Source of the DNA: an uncultured Planctomycetaceae bacterium
GTDB taxonomy: Bacteria; Planctomycetota; Planctomycetia; Planctomycetales; Planctomycetaceae
Direction of reading: 5' to 3'
DNA length: 64,000 nucleotides
Assembly: GCA_963976765.1 (NCBI GenBank)
Contig: CAXBME010000009.1
Span: forward strand, 1 to 64,000
Below the pieces are notes generated by a model. That model did no database searches. It was given only the letters and a program-made list of their open reading frames with translations, and had not been told where the DNA came from. Every line of letters starts with the position of its first letter. Position 1 is the stretch's first letter. A program made the translations under genes and the position numbers. Of the stretch, positions 59,719-64,000 are shown piece after piece.

Positions 59719-59790
59719 GACGACGTTTCCTCGACGGCAAACTCAAACGACCGAATCAACAGGCTCTCGACCACGCCTGTGGTAACCCGG

Positions 59791-59808
59791 TCTGATGACC
59801 TCATCAGA
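59791..59808. promoter_or_regulatory. Perfect palindrome, candidate operator upstream of the giant gene
   Basis: TCTGATGA-CC-TCATCAGA, 73-90 bp upstream of the ATG at 59718. Confidence 0.4.
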
Positions 59809-60536
59809 TGCAGACTCTCGATTCGTAGCGAAGTGCGGTGAAACTTCGACCACTCGAACGGCCGCTCCAATCAGTACTTGTAAAAACGAGTGACGCAACG
59901 TCTCCACAACATACCGGTTGCGCAAAGTGGATCCGCAGCGCACAAGGCTTCCAGATTCGAAAACACGGCTGAACACACAGATCGGCAATGACGGGTAAAT
60001 CTGTCTGATCAGCGGCACTGGGGAACACCGCTCCAGACCACAAAGCATCAACCAGCTCAGTTCTGGCACGAAACGACGACAGCATCGCACCAAAGAATCC
60101 GTCCAACTTCAATCCACAAAAAGACTTTCGGCGACGACATGACCGAAGTGAGCCATTATCAGAACGCAGCGAATCCAAAGTCAAACAAGACTTTTCCGCT
60201 CCATGCTGTTTGGATCTGTCTTCTTGAGTTTTGGCCGTCACTGGGTGAAACATCTGCGCAGCCTTTCCATCTTCCCGAATTTACGAGTATCAACAGGATC
60301 GTCAGAGATGGATCACTTCATCCAGACCGGATCACAACGCGCAGGATGCGACGCCTGAGGCAAGGAATCCAGATGCGCGGGTTAGACCAGATCTGCCGCG
60401 TCAAGTTCCTGCTTCGGTGCCTGAACAGCTGGAATGGCTGAATTCTGGCGAGACATTCATCTCAGACATCGATCGTGCCAAGCAACGTGTGAGTAACAGG
60501 TTAGAGCGAAATCGCGACTTGTCGGCAGATAGCTGC

Positions 60537-61388
60537 TCAGTTTTCAAAAGCCTCGATCACAACGCTGTTGTCCAGATCTCCCATTCCCGCCTGAACAAGC
60601 TCTTCGAGCAGCGCTCGATGAATGCCTGAGAATGGCATCCGGGCTCCGATCGCTGAACCTGTCTCCAGAATCGTACGGACATCTTTCAGGTGTTGAGCAA
60701 GTCGTGCCTGCGGTTCGAAGTCGCGGTCCAGCATTTTCTGGCCCTTGGTCGTCAGGACGGCTGAGGCTGCCGGGCCAGCCTTAAGAACTTCCAGCGTCGT
60801 GCCCCGATCCAGCCCCAGCCTTTCCGCGAAACCCAATCCTTCGGCCAGGACGGCGCGGTTGAGCCCCAGAACCAGGTTCACCACCAGCTTCATCCGCGAC
60901 CCGTTGCCGGCAGCCCCGAGGTAAAAAGTCCGCTTCGCAAGATCGTCAAACAGGCCGCGGTGCCGGTCAAAGGCAGCAGTGGATCCTCCACACATGACAA
61001 TGGCCTCGCCGTCGCGAGCCTGTTGACTCGACCCACCGACCGTCGCGTCCAGATAATCGACCCCGGCCTCCGCCAGAACTTCAACGACTGATTCCACATC
61101 AGCAGGGTTTCCGGTGGTCGTATCGACTATTGTTTGCCCGGCACGCAGCTCGCCCTTTATCGATGACACAACATCCGCGACAACCTGTGACGTCGGCAGG
61201 CTCAGCAGGATGACGTCAAGAGCAGCGACATCCGAAAGACCAGCCAGCGCCACACCACCCAGACTCGACAAAGCATCACGGCGTTCAGGATCAACGTCGA
61301 ACCCTGAAACCGACCAGCCCTTCGATATCAGCCGCTCGGCCAGCGCCGACCCCAGCAGACCCAGTCCCACCAGTCCGATCGATTTCAC
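60537..61388 (-). CDS. NAD(P)-dependent oxidoreductase, 3-hydroxyisobutyrate dehydrogenase family
   Basis: IGLVGLGLLG, YLDATVGGS, GNGSRMKLVVNL (catalytic Lys) and HLKDV motifs. GTG start at 61388 after GAGGA (ATG 61403 is an alternative). Confidence 0.9.
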   Translation of the reverse strand: MKSIGLVGLGLLGSALAERLISKGWSVSGFDVDPERRDALSSLGGVALAGLSDVAALDVILLSLPTSQVVADVVSSIKGELRAGQTIVDTTTGNPADVESVVEVLAEAGVDYLDATVGGSSQQARDGEAIVMCGGSTAAFDRHRGLFDDLAKRTFYLGAAGNGSRMKLVVNLVLGLNRAVLAEGLGFAERLGLDRGTTLEVLKAGPAASAVLTTKGQKMLDRDFEPQARLAQHLKDVRTILETGSAIGARMPFSGIHRALLEELVQAGMGDLDNSVVIEAFEN

Positions 61389-61409
61389 AGAACAGTTCCT
61401 CATTCAGCC

Positions 61410-62852
61410 ATGACCAACGACGACGTTCCGATTCCCGACGACACAGTTCCCGGCAAAACCGAGCCGGATGATAAGGCATCGGACGTCGGCGATGCTGCCG
61501 TTCCTGTTCCGGATGTTGAAACCTCGACCGTCGAGAGAACGCCCGCCAGAAAACTTCCGCCGCACGAAAAAGTTCGCAGGTTTCCAACAACGCCCGGCGT
61601 TTACCTGATGAAGGACTCGCTCGACCGAGTTATCTACGTCGGCAAAGCCGTCAACCTCCGCAGCCGCGCGGGCAGTTACTTCACGACCGCCGCCGCTTCC
61701 GATCGTCGAACTGTCGATCTGATTCCCGAGATCGCCGACATTGACTTCATCCCGACTGACAGCGAAGTCGACGCGCTGCTGCTGGAAGCTCGGCTGATTA
61801 AAGACATCCAGCCGCGGTTCAATTCGGAACTCAAAGACGACAAAACATTTCCTTATCTACAAATTTCGACGCACGAAGACTTTCCCAGGATTGAATTCAC
61901 GCGGAAGCCTGAAACCAAAGGCGTCAAACTTTACGGCCCGTTTACCAGCGCGAAAAAGCTGCGCGGCACGATCTCCGTCCTGCAAAAGATTTTCCGATTT
62001 CGAAACTGCACGCTCGACATCGAAGACGGCGACGAAAAATGGCGATGGTTCCGACCGTGCCTGCTGGCAAGCATCAATCAGTGCACCGCTCCGTGCAACC
62101 TGCGGATCAGCAAGGAAGACTACAAACGCGACATACGCCGTCTGCGCATGTTTCTCGACGGGAAGAAGGACCGCCTGTTTAAAGAGCTTCGTGCCGAAAT
62201 GGAATTCGCATCGCAGGAACTGAAGTTCGAACGTGCCGCCAGAATTCGCGACGAGATCAAAGCACTCGAAGCCTTGAACCTCAGTGGAAGCCTCGACGAA
62301 GACGTTCAGCCGGAAGTCTTTTACATCGACCCGAAGAAGGGCGTCGAAGGGTTGCGGCGAACGTTCAAGCTGCCGCACGCACCGCGCCGGATTGAGGGTG
62401 TCGACATCGCTCATCTCCAGGGTGGCGAAACCGTCGCGAGCCTCGTTCAATTCATCGACGGGCTCCCGTTCAAACACGGTTATAAGCGATTCAGGATTCG
62501 AACCGTGGCCGGCGTCGACGACTTCGCCTCGATTCACGAAGTCATTTCCCGCCGCTTCCGTCGGCTCAAGCAGGACGGCGAACCATTTCCGGATCTGCTT
62601 TTAATCGATGGTGGCAAAGGACAGCTCAACGCGGCCATGGACGCCATGCGGGCACTGGGTGTTGATCCGCCCTTCACGCTCGGCCTGGCGAAACGCGAGG
62701 AAGAAGTTTTTCTGCCGGGGATCTCCGAACCAAAAATTCTCAGCCGCCATTCATTCGGCCTGAGACTTCTGCAGTACGTCCGCGACGAAGCTCACCGCTT
62801 CGCTCAGCACTACCACCATATCCTCCGCAACAAATCAACATTCGACGAATAA
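61410..62852 (+). CDS. uvrC: Excinuclease ABC subunit C, short form without C-terminal HhH domain
   Basis: GIY-YIG domain (PGVYLMKD..VIYVGKAVNLR), Cys cluster, UVR domain (FERAARIRD), and RIEGVDIAH, DLLLIDGGKGQL, RDEAHRFA motifs. Confidence 0.93.
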   Translation: MTNDDVPIPDDTVPGKTEPDDKASDVGDAAVPVPDVETSTVERTPARKLPPHEKVRRFPTTPGVYLMKDSLDRVIYVGKAVNLRSRAGSYFTTAAASDRRTVDLIPEIADIDFIPTDSEVDALLLEARLIKDIQPRFNSELKDDKTFPYLQISTHEDFPRIEFTRKPETKGVKLYGPFTSAKKLRGTISVLQKIFRFRNCTLDIEDGDEKWRWFRPCLLASINQCTAPCNLRISKEDYKRDIRRLRMFLDGKKDRLFKELRAEMEFASQELKFERAARIRDEIKALEALNLSGSLDEDVQPEVFYIDPKKGVEGLRRTFKLPHAPRRIEGVDIAHLQGGETVASLVQFIDGLPFKHGYKRFRIRTVAGVDDFASIHEVISRRFRRLKQDGEPFPDLLLIDGGKGQLNAAMDAMRALGVDPPFTLGLAKREEEVFLPGISEPKILSRHSFGLRLLQYVRDEAHRFAQHYHHILRNKSTFDE

Positions 62853-63853
62853 TGGATCCCAGAATGTCAGTAATCATCGTCTCGGAAAACATCACCGGCG
62901 AAGCGATGAATCGGCTGCGTGAAACTCACGAGGTCGTGTTTGAACCGGACCTCTGGCAGCACATCGATCGGCTGGCTGAGCTTCTACCAGCCGCTCGCGC
63001 GATCATCGTCCGAAACCAGACGAAGGTGACTCGTGAATTGATTTCCGCCGCTCCGAACCTGCAGATCATCGGCCGAGCCGGCGCGGGCCTCGATAACATC
63101 GATACCGACGCCGCCAGCGAAACGGGCATCGTCATCAGCTACACACCGAACGAGAATTCGATTTCCGTTGCAGAGCTGGTTCTGAGTTTCATGCTGACCG
63201 CCGTTCGTCGAATTCCCGCCGCCTGGGAAGATACGCGAAGCGGTGGCTGGAACCGGATGCAGTTTGTCGGCGGCGAGCTGTTCGGTAAGACACTCGGCAT
63301 CGTTGGTCTGGGGCGAATTGGACGTCTTGTCGCAGAGCGTGCTCGCGCATTCGGCATGACGATTATTGCTCACGATGAGTTCATCGATCCCGATTCGCCT
63401 TTCGTCGATGAACTGGGCGCTCGCCTGACCTCAATGGATGATCTGTTGACGCGAGCCGACTTCGTCTCCCTGCACGTTCCGCTGACGTCAGAAACAAGAA
63501 ACAGCTTTTCGCACGGCGCTTTTCAGAGGATGAAGTCGTCAGCCTGGTTCATGAATGCGTCCCGCGGCGAAGTCGTTGACGAAGCCGCTCTTCTTCAAGC
63601 TTTGAGCGGCAACCTGATCGCTGGTGCCGCACTCGATGTACGATCTCAAGAGCCGCCCGCAGATACGGAACTGGCAAAGCTGGAAAACGTGATTCTGACC
63701 CCGCACATCGGAGCGTTCACACATGAAGCCCAGGAACGCGTCGGCGCCGCGGTCTGCAACGACGTCGTCGCCGTCCTGGCCGGAAACTCGGCAACCAATG
63801 CTTTCAACTTTCCGACGCCACAGAGGCAGGGCGGGCACCGCCCACCAGTTTGA
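62852..63853 (+). CDS. D-isomer-specific 2-hydroxyacid dehydrogenase (short SerA-like, no ACT domain)
   Basis: GRAGAGLDNID, GIVGLGRIG, NASRG, ALDVRSQEP and TPHIGA motifs. Start overlaps the uvrC stop (TAATG). Confidence 0.9.
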   Translation: MDPRMSVIIVSENITGEAMNRLRETHEVVFEPDLWQHIDRLAELLPAARAIIVRNQTKVTRELISAAPNLQIIGRAGAGLDNIDTDAASETGIVISYTPNENSISVAELVLSFMLTAVRRIPAAWEDTRSGGWNRMQFVGGELFGKTLGIVGLGRIGRLVAERARAFGMTIIAHDEFIDPDSPFVDELGARLTSMDDLLTRADFVSLHVPLTSETRNSFSHGAFQRMKSSAWFMNASRGEVVDEAALLQALSGNLIAGAALDVRSQEPPADTELAKLENVILTPHIGAFTHEAQERVGAAVCNDVVAVLAGNSATNAFNFPTPQRQGGHRPPV

Positions 63854-63888
63854 ATTCCTTGCTGGTGGCAATGGCCACCGTACTGCTT

Positions 63889-64000
63889 CTATTGCTCGGC
63901 CGTCGCGAGCTTCTGCTCAACATTCAGGATCTGACGTGTTGCTTTGCCGTCCTGAGCAAGTAGCCGTTTTGATTCTTTCAGCAGGAACTCCGGATCCATG
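63889..64000 (-). CDS. Probable 3' end of a CDS entering from beyond the window
   Basis: Open frame ...MDPEFLLKESKRLLAQDGKATRQILNVEQKLATAEQ-stop, convergent with the dehydrogenase. A small hairpin (GGTGGC-N4-GCCACC) lies between the two. Confidence 0.45.
   Translation of the reverse strand, partial: MDPEFLLKESKRLLAQDGKATRQILNVEQKLATAEQ

Noticed and set aside
59780..59860. Hammerhead ribozyme (CTGATGA ... GAAAC)
   Set aside because: Stem II closure and the NUH cleavage triplet do not fit on either strand; the palindrome alone explains CTGATGA.
59743..60441. ORFs of 100-149 aa upstream of the giant gene
   Set aside because: They overlap each other, have atypical Cys/Arg-rich composition and show no recognisable motifs; treated as non-coding.
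60466..60482. Sigma-54 promoter facing the giant gene (TTGGCACG on the - strand)
   Set aside because: The -12 element reads ATGT rather than TTGC, and the site is ~750 bp from the start.

Overview
A GC-rich bacterial window, almost certainly from a planctomycete. That call is inferred from the DUF1501 gene, the LEDR-type export motif, the secreted prenyltransferase-repeat protein and the kinase-TM-WD40 protein. Housekeeping and metabolic genes lie at both ends: a Tat-exported copper-storage protein, thiS-thiG, htpG, pckA, ispA-dxs, a GNAT, an FAD desaturase-family protein, a short uvrC and two dehydrogenases. The centre is a ~43-kb co-oriented gene pair. The first gene is a 35.5-kb ORF encoding an 11,824-aa acidic, beta-helix-like exported protein. 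The second encodes a ~2,400-aa membrane Ser/Thr kinase with an N-terminal Thr-repeat array, a heptad stalk and 21 WD40 repeats. My best candidate for an undescribed system is this pair acting as a trans-envelope surface-filament/receptor-kinase module. Notable sub-features are a 762-bp near-identical internal duplication inside an older diverged one, an in-frame G10 tract early in the giant gene, a perfect palindrome just upstream of it, and an unusual C-terminal tail. A separate lower-GC secreted protein looks like a degenerate M35 (aspzincin) protease. I saw no rRNA, tRNA, CRISPR array or transposase. All family assignments come from recognising motifs by eye; no searches were run.
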